A stretch of 63,036 nt of DNA, the filler included, from Reticulomyxa filosa (Eukaryota; Protista; Foraminifera), in NCBI GenBank assembly GCA_000512085.1. It is 24 parts of 24 records of this genome, joined end to end, with 100 filler letters (N's around TTAATTAATTAA, not from the genome) between each part and the next. Parts side by side here need not be neighbours in the genome. Positions count along the whole stretch, not along the records: positions 45,582 to 53,067 come from ASPP01026505.1; positions 53,168 to 57,683 come from ASPP01009214.1; positions 57,784 to 59,226 come from ASPP01009777.1; positions 59,327 to 60,499 come from ASPP01001029.1; positions 60,600 to 61,839 come from ASPP01013322.1; 19 more parts are not named here. The stretch is one strand, 5' to 3'. Position 1 is the stretch's first letter. Each line of letters starts with the position of its first letter. The position numbers were made by a program, and so were the translations under genes. Below the pieces are notes generated by a model. The model did not search any database. It worked only from the letters and a program-made list of their open reading frames with translations, and was not told the origin of the DNA. Shown here piece after piece: positions 48,620 through 61,735 of this stretch.

Positions 48620-51600
48620 TGTATAAAGATGTTATATGTTAAACATGTACACATAAAACAAAACTTTTTCAAGCAATGGACCCAAGAACGAATTACAGCG
48701 TCAGATAACAGGAAAGAGACATGCGCACAAATGACCAACCAAATACCTTGAGCTCTTTTGTTGGAATGCGCGCGTTGATTTCAATAGAATGCCTCCATCA
48801 AGTATTCTATTGTTTGGACAATTGAAATGACTTGGGGGAAGCTATTATCATTGAAAGGCTCTTCCCCTAGAGCTACCATTATTTTGAGTGGCGGTCCTAT
48901 CAATGGCAGACCCTTCCACTTTTCAAATCCGAGTGATTCGGTTTTTGATAACCGAACAATTTGCTCATATCCATAGTGACGACGTCTTTGAGATGAGAGA
49001 GGAGAGAGGCGGGGCTCGATTGCCGACATAAAGTATTGCCCACGCATCCACTCAACAGGGCCCAGCCACCAATACATTGCCAATATCCAAACTTTTGTTT
49101 TGATTTGCCGAATAATGAAGCGATTTTTGAGTCGTTGATCCAATTATCGATTGATTGACACTACGATGTTGTTATTTTTTGTAATCAATGACACAACAGC
49201 ATTGGCACCCAAATATTGGAGCATACAACACCAGTCCAATGTATTAAAGTAATTGATAATGAATAGAGGAGGACATGGACTGTGTTTTGTGGCCGTCTCC
49301 GTCATCACCACCATTGTTGACATTGTCACACCCATCAAATAGCTTCCATTGGAAGGCGCACTATGTGAAATTGATAAATGTTTAAGGATGAGCAAAATCG
49401 CTACTTGTGGATGTAACGAGCCATAACCAAAGTAATAACGGCAAACGATTCTTTTTTTTTTCTTTTAAAACTAATCCAACGATGGTGTTGCCTTGGAAAT
49501 TTCTTTTTCTTCTTCTTTATCATTATCATCCCCCCCCCTCTTCTTGTTTGCTGATGACTTTGACTTGAGTTTCACAAAACTCATCCACCAAATTGGAGCC
49601 ACAGCATTGGAAGAATGGTTCAATGTGAGAGTGGCTTACTTGACCGCCATATGTGATTATTTCCTATAACGTCCACACCCTCTTCTTCTTTGTCTTTTAT
49701 TTCTTCCATTTCTTTCTTTTCTTCGATCAATCAAGTCACTGTTACTGTTGCTATACCCATAATGTCGATATCGTTTTTTTTTTTTTTTGCGCGGTCTTTT
49801 CACGTTTTTTTTTCTTTCTTATTGGTAAAAGCTTGCTTTCATAGCACCAACTCCAGATTCTCTGCGGTTGAACTGGGAGAAATTTCTTTAACTGTTTCAA
49901 AGCCATCATATGATGGATATTTTCAACATACGAAATGCATCCACTCTCGTTACCCTTGTGATAATGAGCACACATTGGTGTTGGATAATGGTCGATGTTA
50001 GAAATTTCTGCATCCGATATCATGCATCCATTCGATAATATTTGGATTTGCGATTCAATGAGAGAGGAAGGGTACACTTCGTATTTTCTGTTTCATTATT
50101 AGACATGTTCGTTCTTAACGTTCTTGATTGCCATGGTTCAACGATCTTTAATCTCACTACGCGATTTACAATTTAAAACTAACGTTGACTCGAATCTAAC
50201 TCAAAAAAATACAAATTGGCGGTCTGTATTCCATTGCTATCCATGTACTGGGATAATGCCACGAATACAAAGTGTTTCACATTGTCCAACACGCCTGTCC
50301 ATAGTCCATAGTCCATAGTCGCTTCTGTAGACTGTAGAAAAAGCGCCAATTATCTTTGCCAAACTAACGCAATGCGCGTAACTCTTACCGTGATGGACTT
50401 AGAAAATGGCACTAGTTTTCTCTCTATCTTTCTCTTCATCGATCATCAATGTTCAATGTCATTCGCAATCTCAACATTCCTCCCATCAGCACAAAATTGC
50501 GAATGTGCGCACGCACCAGTTTCGAGACGAGTATTTAGCGCCATTTTTTTTTAACAACCTTGTTCGCTGGAGCCAGTAGATCGCAGTTCGATGCCTGCTG
50601 TGCAAGTCAACAATTATCCGCAGAGACTTGTATGCGTCTACGTTGATGGCGAACAAGTTTTTCCAATGGTTTGGGTTACCGCTTTTACACATTTCCGCAT
50701 AGTTGCTCACTGTCTTTGCTCGGCGCGCCTCTATGTGAAGGTATTGCATGTTTACAAACAACTTGCAGGCGTGAAAAGCCAATAACCAAACTGGTAGACA
50801 AGCTTTTTTTTTTTAAAAAAAAAAGATCAAACGCGATACGATTTTGAGGTTCTCTTTCTTCTGTTCATCCTACTCCTTCTCATCTTTTTCTTCTTGGTTG
50901 CCAATGTCTTACGGAATTTCGCATAACTCCTCCACCAAATTGAACCATACTCACATAGAATATTCTACCAATTAGTTGTTTTCTCGATCGCCGTGCGTGA
51001 CATTTTTTTAACAACTTACATATTCCTTTCTTAATCGTCTTCCACTTCTTCTCTGCCGCCATTGAGACCACCACAATATCTCTATCGTTTCTACTTTGCG
51101 CGAGCATTTTCAGTGCATTCAACGTCCCTATTGACAATATAATGAGCTAATGAGTACTATTATTATTTTTTTTTTCCACACTTAGGCGTATTTGTTGCTA
51201 ATGTTCCTCTTATCGGTATAAGCACGATCCAAAGTTCAAAATTGCGAATGTATGCACGCATACCACTAGTTTCTACACTAATTTACGATATCTGCGTTTC
51301 TATTGTTGCCATGTGTCGATAAACTTAACACCATTTCCATAAAACCAAGTTTCACTTGTTCGTTGGCACCGATAGACCGAATTTTGACAACATCTTTGGC
51401 GCTTTGCCACACCAACAATTATTCTCAGAGACTTGTTTGCGCCTACGTTGATGACAAACAAGTTCCTTTCAATTTTTCGAATTGTCACTGCTTAACATTG
51501 CCACGCACCTGTTCATTGATTGGCGCTCTATGTATGTCTAAAAACTTGCAGTATTCGTTCGCGAATAGTACATAACCAAGTTCAGCAAACTGACAGACGA

Positions 51601-52570
51601 GCTTTGTTCTTTTTTTTAAAACAAATCCAACACTTATGTCTTCTTTGTTCTCTTTCTTCTATTCGTATCCCTTCTAATATTTTCTTCTTGATTACAATAT
51701 TTTGACGAAGTTTCGCGACCGCCCCACCAAATTAAGCCACTTTCACACTGAACGATTCTCCCAATGTGTGATTTTCTCGATCGCCATGCGTAGATGTTTT
51801 CTAACAACTTCCGCGTTCTTTTCTTCTTCGCCCTCCACGTCTTCTCTGCCACAGTCTAGACAATACAATGACTGTATTATTTACTTTGCGCGACATCCCG
51901 ATTCATATTTTTTTTTCTTCTTGGTCAGCTTGCTTTCATCTGGCAGCACCAATATTCAGATTGTCCGAAATTAATCTGTGAAAATCTTGTCCAATTGTCC
52001 CAAGATAATACATAGACTTTGTACTTGAAAAAAATAGGCTGACTTTTTGATGATAAACACTTTGCGCATGCATTTCCAGTACAGCCAACGTTTAGATTGA
52101 CACTTTAATGATAGAATACCTTTTTTTTTCTCATCATTAGTCGTATTCATTGAAAACGATTTCTACCATCAGTTTATGTACGGTTCAAAACCAAAGTTGC
52201 GTACGTACACGACTTTATTTCCATGAACAATCAAAATTATTAGCTTGATTCCAACAACGACTGATGTTCACTTGTTTGTTGGCTAATGTAGTCGCAGTTC
52301 AAATTTGCATTTGATAATGTGTCACTCCAACAATTATTTGAAGAGACTTGTGCGCCTAAGTTGATGGCAAATAAATTTTTCAATGTCTCCTGCTGCAACT
52401 ACTTAAATTTTCAATTAGAGCGCGCGTGAAGTTAGTAGTTGATCATACGCGCATATACACGAACACTTTCATAAAAACGACCCGTTTCCACTAACAATTT
52501 TCATCTTCTTGCTTCCGATTATTGTCTTGAGTTTCGTAAGTTTTCCACCAAATTGAGTTGCTATCACACC
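48620..52570 (+). repeat. Cluster of highly diverged copies of a pseudogene-like repeat family, with three tandem units in ~50480-52570
   Basis: CAACAATTAT....AGAGACTTGT..GCG.CTA.GTTGATG.C at ~50608, ~51413 and ~52328. CCACCAAATT at ~49585, ~50932, ~51724 and ~52545. AAAATTGCGAATGT at ~50493 and ~51238. Confidence 0.7.
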
Positions 52571-52589
52571 AATCTTTGCACTTCGATGT

Positions 52590-53067
52590 TCTTTTTTTTC
52601 TACTCTTATTCATTCTTTTACATTTATTTTTTCTTATTTTTTTCTCTAAATCTTTCTTTTTTTTTCTTTTTTTCATTTTTTATCTTTTTAATATTTTTTT
52701 TCATTTTTTCCAATTACCAATTTTTTTTCATTTTTTTATTTTCTCATTCTTTCATCTTAAATAAAATTTTCTACATTTTTTTTCTAATTCTTTTTTTAAC
52801 TTTTTTCAAATATTTTTCAACATTTTTTTCAAATTTTTTTCCCCATTTTTTTCAAATTTTTTCACAATCTTTTTCCCCATTTTTTTCCAATCTTTTCAAT
52901 ATCTTTTTCACATTTTGCCCCCACTTTTCCCCCTTATTTTCACTATCTTTTTTACATTTTTTCCCCCTTATTTTCACTATCTTTTTTATATTTTTTCACC
53001 ATCTTTTCCCCATATTCACTATCTTTTCAAATATTTTCCCATATTTTTACATCTTTTCCCAACTCTT
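52590..53067. repeat. Low-complexity T/C-rich degenerate minisatellite at contig end
   Basis: Almost no G. The unit TTTTCCCC(C)TTATTTTCACTATCTTTT recurs at ~52926, ~52958 and ~53004. Confidence 0.75.
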
Positions 53068-53299
53068 NNNNNNNNNNNNNNNNNNNNNNNNNNNNNNNNN
53101 NNNNNNNNNNNTTAATTAATTAANNNNNNNNNNNNNNNNNNNNNNNNNNNNNNNNNNNNNNNNNNNNAGGTCTAAATGTTGATTTTTCATGGAGAAAATC
53201 AACTATCATCACAAGATATAGAAAATAAAATAATTAAAAAAAAGAAAAATTTTTGATCACTTCCAATAATGTTATTATACTAAGACAGGTTTTTGCGGA

Positions 53300-55170
53300 C
53301 AAATTGCAAAGACTAAAATTGTGATCAAATGTAGACGTATAGCTTGAGACAATGCGCGAAATAGATATGCCGAAATATCCGTCACTTGCAGCTGACTAAA
53401 AAAGTTTTCCCAGCTTGTTGAACAAATAAGATATACATTTGTTGGTGGAATTGCTTATTGACAAGTTGTAGCAAACATGTTTTTTGAACTTGGATTTTTT
53501 GATATCAATAAATATATTTTTTGCTTTCGTGAATTTTTGTGTTTTTGTAATTGCTGTTGTATTTCCAGTTTATGTGATCCAAAGCAGAATAAAATACCAA
53601 TTTCACTTAAGTTTGTCAATCCTTTTTTTAAAAATAAAAAGAAATGACAAACAAATATAACATATACATATATGTATATATGTATACAAATCATTCAATA
53701 AATAACATTGCGATCGGTTAGTCTGTTGTTTCAAAATACTTTCTGCATAAATGCCATTAATAAATTGTTGGAAAATAGTCTTTTTATCGGATGAAGAATA
53801 GTCTTTGCAAAAGCGCATAAGTGCACTGAAATGATCGACAAAGAACTTCAGTTCGTACTTAACTTTGCCCATTGGCTTCTCTCCATGTTCCTTTAACAGC
53901 TCTTTTCGTTGCGCTCTGCCATTCAAAACTTGATCGTTGTAATATTTGGCACATGCGAATTTCAACTTGCGTTTTTCGACAGTGTCCAATTCACTCATTG
54001 TCAAACCAGTCAAATAATTTTTCGCGTCATTGAACCATTCCACCTATATTCTTCGCGCTCTTTGTTGTAGTCAATTTCATTGTACTCCTTTCGATCTATC
54101 CTTTTCTTTTTCTCTTTCATTCTCTTTTTGCAGCGACACGAAGATCCGATTTTTCCGGAAATTTCTCGACCTCATTGCATTCGGACATTGATTGCTCGGA
54201 CTTTATAAGCGTGACGGCGGACTTATTTGCCAACTCAATTGCAAAAAAATGTTATCTCAAAGACCCAGTCAAGTAAATTGAAGAAGGCGTCGTCGATGTC
54301 AATTGGGATTGATCGGCCAATATATCCTTACGATAACTTATTTCAACTGCCAATCGCCAACGTCATATTTTTGATGAATATCTCTGACCAATTGATACTC
54401 TTCGAGTAATCTCCACGCGTCCTCTTTGTTGTCGTAAACTTTCGTAGCGCTTTCGGAGTCAATAATCGATTGCAGTATTCGAAAGCAATGAACTCTCTTA
54501 TGTCTTACCAAGCGCCAAGGAGGGACAGTAGACGATGATGATGACAATGAAAAGATTTAAGGGAATGGCTCCAATTTAATGGCAAGACTTGCAAATCCAG
54601 TCCACTTGTGCTTGTGCTTATGTTCTTTATCTTTATCTTTGTCGACGGCGACATTCGCTTTCGTGATGCAATCTTCGTGATGAAAGTGCCGCTCGAACAC
54701 ATCATGCGTCAGCACAAACGGCCGTTACTTTTGCGGGATTTCGATGCCGGCGTGCTTCGCCACGTCCTCGTGCACATAGATCATCCCTTTTTATGGACAC
54801 CAAATTCAGGTCGCTGTTCCAATGACACACCTTACTTGCTTCGTTCCATTCGCCCCACATTCTTTTGCAGTGCGCCTTTCTTACCCCATTTCTTCAACAA
54901 CTTCACGATATCCATGTCTTGTAGTAAACATTCGCTCAATTACTTCCAATTGTAGTCGGGCATGTCTGATGTCAGTGCTTCCAACTGCCGGTCCGAATCT
55001 TTCGACCGAAACATGTCGGGTGCAATGCTGTATGAATAATTGTTGTTTGTTTGTTTTTTTAAGTTCAGGAATTGTTTTGACAATACTGATCTATCATCTT
55101 TTTTTTTTTGGAATTGCATATTCTGCTTTGAGACTGGAAAAGGAAATGTCTGTTCTGATTCGTTCTTCAT
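53300..55170 (-). pseudogene. Decayed gene of unknown family
   Basis: Protein-like frames (MKNESEQ..DYNWK*LSECLLQDMDIVKLLKKW; ..AWRLLEEYQLVRDIH; EWFNDAKNYL..ELKFFVDHFSALMRF) are separated by in-frame stops and frameshifts. Confidence 0.5.
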
Positions 55171-56129
55171 GGTTTTTTTATTCCCTCCCCTTCTTTCTTT
55201 TGCGTTATACTGTAACTTTAAAAAAAGAACATGACACAAGCATCTGAGCAAAAGCCACGTGAATAAGGAAAATTTACAATTAAAAAATCAATTAAATGAA
55301 TATATAGACGAAACAAGCAAAATTAATATTCTTTTGAAATAGAATAACTAATGAATAAAATAGCTAATATTTAATAACAAACTGTGGTTTTTTTGATATT
55401 TAGTATGCACCAGAAATTGGAACGTATATTGTGACAATATCAACTTAATAATATTAACATATTGCATTTTTGACTTTTGTTGAAATTCGAGTTTTATTGG
55501 TTTTTATTCTATTAATTTTTGTTACATTTGTGTAATTTTTCTTTTTGTCTTTATGTGGCTATGCACTAGTAAGACGATATGAACAAACTTGGTTTGCAAG
55601 TTGTTTCTGTTTGTCCTGCTTCTTATAAAAAAAAAGAAAAAGCAAGACAATAATGAAAAATTAAAAATGTTAAACTAAAAATATTTATAAATATTGAAAA
55701 AATTGTTACAAATAAGAAAAACATTTATGTTAACTTTTCACAATTTACAAAAAATGAAATATTTAACTTTTTGAAAATTTAAAGAAGTAAAAAATTCAAT
55801 TAAGATATCTACAAATAGACTAACTTTTCGACATCACTTCACTGTTGATTTTTCATACAAAATTAATTATCTTTCTAAGGTTTTACCTGTCAATCATTTC
55901 GTTTAACATATGTATTGAAGTTAGTATTGTGCTAGTCGTTCCCCGACGGCATACAAAAGAGTGAAATGTGGCAATTGAAAGAAAAGAACCAAAAATGTTC
56001 GTACTATTTTATTTTAAAATTTAATTGTTGGCTTTCTTACCTAAAACAACTCTATTTTGTATAGAATTTCAATTTACTTTCCATTAATTTGAAGACGTGA
56101 AACATATTAGCCCTTGCATGAGATTTTAA

Positions 56130-57371
56130 AATCCCTTGAAATTTTCAAAATTTTTGCACAGTTACGAATTTGGGCCAGGTTGTGCTTTGTGTCTCAGCAA
56201 AACAAAAAACTTACACATCTTGTTTTGTTTCCACATCAAGTTTGATAACATCATTCACATCTTCCCCTTCAAATTTAACATAAACACTTTGAGATACCAT
56301 ATCTGGATTTTCATATAGCAATTCAACCTGATCACGTTTCAAAATGAATATGATATCAAGATTAGTTTGTTTTTCAAAGGGGTTTTCAAAACGCAATATA
56401 AATTTTTTGAGCAGTTTACAGCGTTTGTCGTTACAGTATTGAATTTCGTCTTTATCTTTGGATTTGTATAATTCAAATTCTACTAATGTCTGTCGCCGTG
56501 GAAGACTGTACGTTTCTTCACATCTCTATGGAGATATGTTGTTTTACATTTTTATATTTACGTTTGAACATAGTACATATTCGTAGAATACTCTTTACTA
56601 AACGTCACCATCTTTGAACTCCTCATCTAGTAGAATGATTGGCTTAAAACATTTCTTGCGAATATAGCCAGTAAATGACTCAAAAGAGCTAACTTTATGA
56701 TCATCATTAGGATCTCCAGGATACCATATCTTATCGACACTTAATCCCAGCGTTGAAGGTATTCTGGTGGACGGCAAATCATCTTTATTGGTAGCCCAGA
56801 GAACAGAGCCACGCACAACGGCTTCATGTGGATTATGTGTCTGATAGATTTTTGGGCATTTTTCTCGTTTTCTGAGGAGTTCTTGTAACATCGGAACAAT
56901 AAAAGGACAATTGGAAAATCCACCAGTCAATACTAATACTTTTGGCTTCACTCGCTCAAACTCTAAGAGTTTTGAGACAAAATCTTGCACAGCTGCTAAT
57001 AATTTCTTGTGCAAGAAAAGCCACGTTTCATAAGACAACTCCAAGAGATCTTCATCCATTAATCTTATCTGACTGATCAAAAATAAATCACAAACAAAAA
57101 GTTGGAGTGTGTGTGTGTACCAATGTATTTTTTTTTTTTTTTGGTTGTCTTATTTTTCTCTAACTTTGATTTATTATTAATCTCGGAAAACGTTTGGAAT
57201 TTTTTTTTAACCGCGGCAAGACTCCCGAGAGTTTTTTTCAAATAGTTTTTAAATGCCATTGTTAATTTCATATTCCAGTGCTTATCTTTAGGCCATGAAC
57301 CTTCTTCAGGTAGTGAATGTTTTGCACGCCAAAATTCATTTTGTTGTAGGAGCCATACTCGTGGATTCCTT

Positions 57372-57402
<31 letters not shown>

Positions 57403-57683
57403 CTAATGCCTATTTCGTGAAAATTTTAAAAATAAACATACAAAGCGCAATAATGTCTGATTTTTAAACTTTTCTTTGAATTCACGGATGACATTGCCTT
57501 CAAAGATCCTCGACAGCAAATTTTCAAATTCCTGGTCTACTACCATGCCTCCAATGCACAAAGTTTCTCGATGGTGGGTCTCGGCCATTGTCCCATTTCC
57601 CAAAATTGTTAAACATGCAGCATCAATTGTACCTCCACCCATATCCAATAATACTACTTCGTTACTGTTTTCAATTTTTTTTT
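56130..57683 (-). CDS. HSPA12-like atypical Hsp70, C-terminal part (multi-exon; 3' end approximate)
   Basis: Phosphate-2 motif LLDMGGGTID, GGMVVDQEFENLL..IFEG, adenosine motif LVLTGGFSNCPFI, PHEAVVRGSVLW and TRIPSTLG are the HSPA12-type pattern. Confidence 0.8.
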
Positions 57684-57783
57684 NNNNNNNNNNNNNNNNN
57701 NNNNNNNNNNNNNNNNNNNNNNNNNNNTTAATTAATTAANNNNNNNNNNNNNNNNNNNNNNNNNNNNNNNNNNNNNNNNNNNN

Positions 57784-59226
57784 CGGCAGATTCAACTGCC
57801 GATGGTTAGCCGCACGCACGATGGCTTCACCCAGCGGATGCTCGGAGCCGGACTCCACTGCCGCCGCCAGGCTCAGTACTTCCAGTTCAGAGTGCATGTC
57901 GAAGGGCACAATATCGGTCACCGTCGGCTCACCGCGCGTGAGAGTGCCAGTCTTGTCGAACACCACGCAGCTGAGTTTCTCCGCTCGCTCCAGCACCTCG
58001 CCGCCGCGAATCAGCATGCCGCCGTCTGCGCCTTTGCCTACGCCCACCATCAGTGCCGCCGGCGTGGCGATGCCCAGCGCGCAGGGGCAGGAGATGATCA
58101 GCACCGCGATGAAGGCCAACAGCCCTTGCGGGAAGTTGCCAGCCAACCACCAGCCGACAAACGCCAGCACCGCCAGGCTGACTACTGCCGGCACAAAGTA
58201 ACGGGTCACCTCATCCGCCAGCCGCTGAATGTGGGCGGTGCTGGTCTGCGCTTCTTCCACCATGCGGATAATCTGCGCCAGCGCGGTATCCGCGCCGATG
58301 CGGGTGGCGCGAAAGTGGAACACGCCTGCGCGGTTGAGCGTGCCGCCAATCACGGTGTTGCCGGGCTGCTTTTCCACTGGCATCGATTCGCCAGTCAGCA
58401 TCGACTCATCCACCGTGGATTGGCCGCTGATGACTTCTCCGTCGGTGGCGATCTTCTCGCCAGGTTTCACCACCACAGTTTCCCCCACCATGATGCTGCC
58501 GGCCGGAATCTCCACCTCCTGGCCATCGCGCAGCACATGGGCGGTGGCGGGTTTCAGGTCCAGCAGCCGGCGCACGGCGGCGGAGGATTTCTTCTTGATG
58601 ATTTCCTCCATGTAACGTCCCAGCAGCACGAAGGCGATGATCACCGCGGAGACTTCAAAGTACACATCGCGTTCGGCCACTTTCACCGGCAGCACGTCCG
58701 GGAAGAACATCACCACCACGCTGTAGAAGTAGGCCACCGAGGTGCCCAGCGCGATCAGGAAATCCATGTTGATATTGCCGGTGCGCAACGCATTCCAGGC
58801 GCCGCGATAGAAGCTCCAGCCGCCGATGAATTGCACCGGGGTCACCAGCAGGAACAGCCACATGCCCCAGGTGAACCACGGCAGGTTGGGTATCGGCGCC
58901 CAGCTCAGCAGCGTGGCGCCGGTCGCCAGCCCGAGGAAGGCGCCGGCACGCAGAATGGCCAGCGCCAGCACCCCGGTCATGGCCACGGTGACGCGGGTCT
59001 TCATCGACTTGAGTTCGTTTTCCGGCGACTCGAAGGTGCGCAGGCAGGTCTCGCTGCAGAAGTAGTAGCTGCGCCCGCCACGCTCGCTTTTCAGCGCGGT
59101 GGCCTTGTTGACCACCATGCCACAGATCGGGTCCTTGGCTTTGTCACCAGGCTCGTTCGCGGCGCTGGCGGGGGCATGGTGATGATGTTGTGGTCCGAGC
59201 GCCGGCATGGAGGGGGCCGGCACCGT
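57784..59226 (-). CDS. copA: Bacterial copper-translocating P1B-type ATPase with His-rich linker and YHS domain (partial at both ends)
   Basis: YHS domain [15 protein letters not shown], then [27 protein letters not shown] and SEHPL. Intronless, GC-rich, strong GC3 codon bias. Confidence 0.93.
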
Positions 59227-59337
59227 NNNNNNNNNNNNNNNNNNNNNNNNNNNNNNNNNNNNNNNNNNNNTTAATTAATTAANNNNNNNNNNNNNNNNNN
59301 NNNNNNNNNNNNNNNNNNNNNNNNNNAAAAAAAAAAA

Positions 59338-59370
<33 letters not shown>

Positions 59371-60649
59371 GTTTGCTCCAGAAATTTCTTGCCACAAATT
59401 GTTCAATGGTTGATGTATTCACCCATCATTGGACGAATATTACGCATATCACTACTCCAAAATGTTAACAAAGCGAAAAGAGGATATGCTTTTTTTCTTT
59501 GAATGATACCCGTCCATTGCATCGTAAACACATTGCCAATAGGTTGTCAAGAAATTTCGAGGACCCATTCTAGCGACTCAAAACTCTGACTGAAAAACAT
59601 AACAAAAACTTAAATTAAACGTTAGTTTTTATTTTTTTATCTTTCGACGTCTTGTATATATTACATATATTATATATACATATATATAATATATGTATGT
59701 TGGCTCCGTCTCTCTGCTCTTTTTTACATTGTTCCTAATTCGTGTAACTTTAACAAAAATAACGTGGTTTTACAAAAATATAAATATAATGCCCATTTAT
59801 ATTATTGAAAAAAGTTGGTCCCTGTTGTGATTTGATTTGGTTTTTGATTAAAGCCCATGGGGGAAAAAGAGAGATGCATTTGAGTTAAACTACTTTCCTT
59901 TGCGATGACGTGCGAATGTGTTTGAATAAGGGCAAGACCTAAGTAACGGTAATCACAACAACACCAGATTTAAAACTACTCTTTTTAGTTGTTTCCATTT
60001 TTATATAGCACACTTTGGCTGGTGCTAATGTCAAATCCATTATTTTAAAAAAAAACAACACGCCTTGTGTTGAGTCAAACCACATTTTTTGTTGTTGTTT
60101 GCCTTGACTCTTTTTCTTTTTGATAAATGCTTGCTCATTATTTTAGCTCTTTTTTTTTAATGGTGTTCATTTGGAATTTGTTGGAATTCGAAACTCTTAC
60201 TTGACGCAACTATTTTAATTTTTCCAAATGAAAACATAAAGCGTTGCGTAAATTACTTGTGATGTTCTCTTCATTCAACATATACTGAAATGAAATCATT
60301 CGATTGCAATATTTCTTTAGAAAACTTGGATTGCTAAAACAAACAATATGAAACCTAATATAATGCGATTGTCTCAAAGCGAGCGAAAAAAAAAACCCAA
60401 CTTTTAAGGCTATACAAGATATTAAACAACTGCAATTTAAAGATCACCGAAACGGACCAAATGAATTTAACCAAAAGTCAGCATTTGTGGTAAATATGAN
60501 NNNNNNNNNNNNNNNNNNNNNNNNNNNNNNNNNNNNNNNNNNNTTAATTAATTAANNNNNNNNNNNNNNNNNNNNNNNNNNNNNNNNNNNNNNNNNNNNA
60601 AAAAAAAAAAAAAAAAAAAGGGGGAAAGATTCAAACTGAACTTTTTTTA

Positions 60650-61339
60650 ATAAAAAAAAAAAGATAAACTTGATATTCGTGAACAAAAGTCTTGAACACA
60701 TTCCAACGGGACCACACGACAAAGTTACCCAGAGGATAGCCTGCCAAAGCCAGGTGGTGCGCCAAGATCAAGCCAAAGGGCGCCCTTCCTTTGGCCAGGG
60801 CTTCGTACGTGCGAACCGAAAAGACGAGACACCACAACACCAAAAAAAAGCGACGAACATCACAGTTCGAATGACGTAGTTGCGATTCAATGTAAAGCCA
60901 TGGCCCGTGTGTTCACTTTGTCGCGTCCTTCCGAACAACACGTTATCACTGCTATTGCCCCAAATATTTTCGTCTTCTGACATCACCGCTGCCTCATCTT
61001 CATCTCTATCTCTATCTCTATCTCTATCTTTGTCTTTGTCTTTGTCTTTGTTCTCTCCAGGTCTGTGATAGTCATTCTCATTCCCATTTCCATTTCCATT
61101 CCCATTATCATCGTTCTCATCCTCATCGTCCAAAAAAAACGAATGGTTGTCATCAGACGTCGCCACACTGTCATTGATGTTGGTGCGTCTTCCCATCAAG
61201 TGGATCGACAGCAGCTTTTTCGATTGCATAAAGTAGTGCGATACAACTTTTATCAACACCAACAATGACATCATGATCGCCAATCCCACAGGGACATATG
61301 TGCACAAATATAAAATATCTTTAGTCATCCTTTTCATAT

Positions 61340-61383
<44 letters not shown>

Positions 61384-61690
61384 GTGCAATATATATTTTT
61401 TTTTTTTTTTTATTAAAAAAAGTAGCTTCGCAAATCAATATGTATATACAAAGAATTGAATACAGCAAAATATTGAAAGCACTTGTTACCAGCACTCGGG
61501 ATCTCTATGGCCGGGCAGATTATACAGCCTGCCAAAGCCGTGTTTGATGAAAGGGGGGAGAGAACAGCTGATCAACCACACCCACATCACGACGTGGCAG
61601 TGTCGCAATGTACGGTCCACATCTTCCAAATTGTTGTATTCCACATAAAAGTTGCGAAAATAATGCGATTTGAAACGATTCATTAGATTC
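60650..61690 (-). CDS. cAMP-receptor-like/GPR157-type 7TM receptor, C-terminal TM4-TM7 region
   Basis: HVVMWVWLISCSLPPF..FG..ECW|..LYLCTYVPVGL, an acidic loop, RTVMFVAFF(L)VLW..VRTYE..PFGLILAHH..G..GNFVVW. An (AT)n intron and a homopolymer frameshift near 60845. Confidence 0.6.
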
Positions 61691-61695
61691 CTTTC

Positions 61696-61735
<40 letters not shown>

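Noticed and set aside
52553-53119. Phe-rich 'membrane protein' ORFs or a telomere
   Set aside because: Translation of low-complexity T/C sequence, with no regular telomeric unit.
57802-59274. 490-aa plus-strand ORF
   Set aside because: Antisense shadow of the GC3-biased copA gene.
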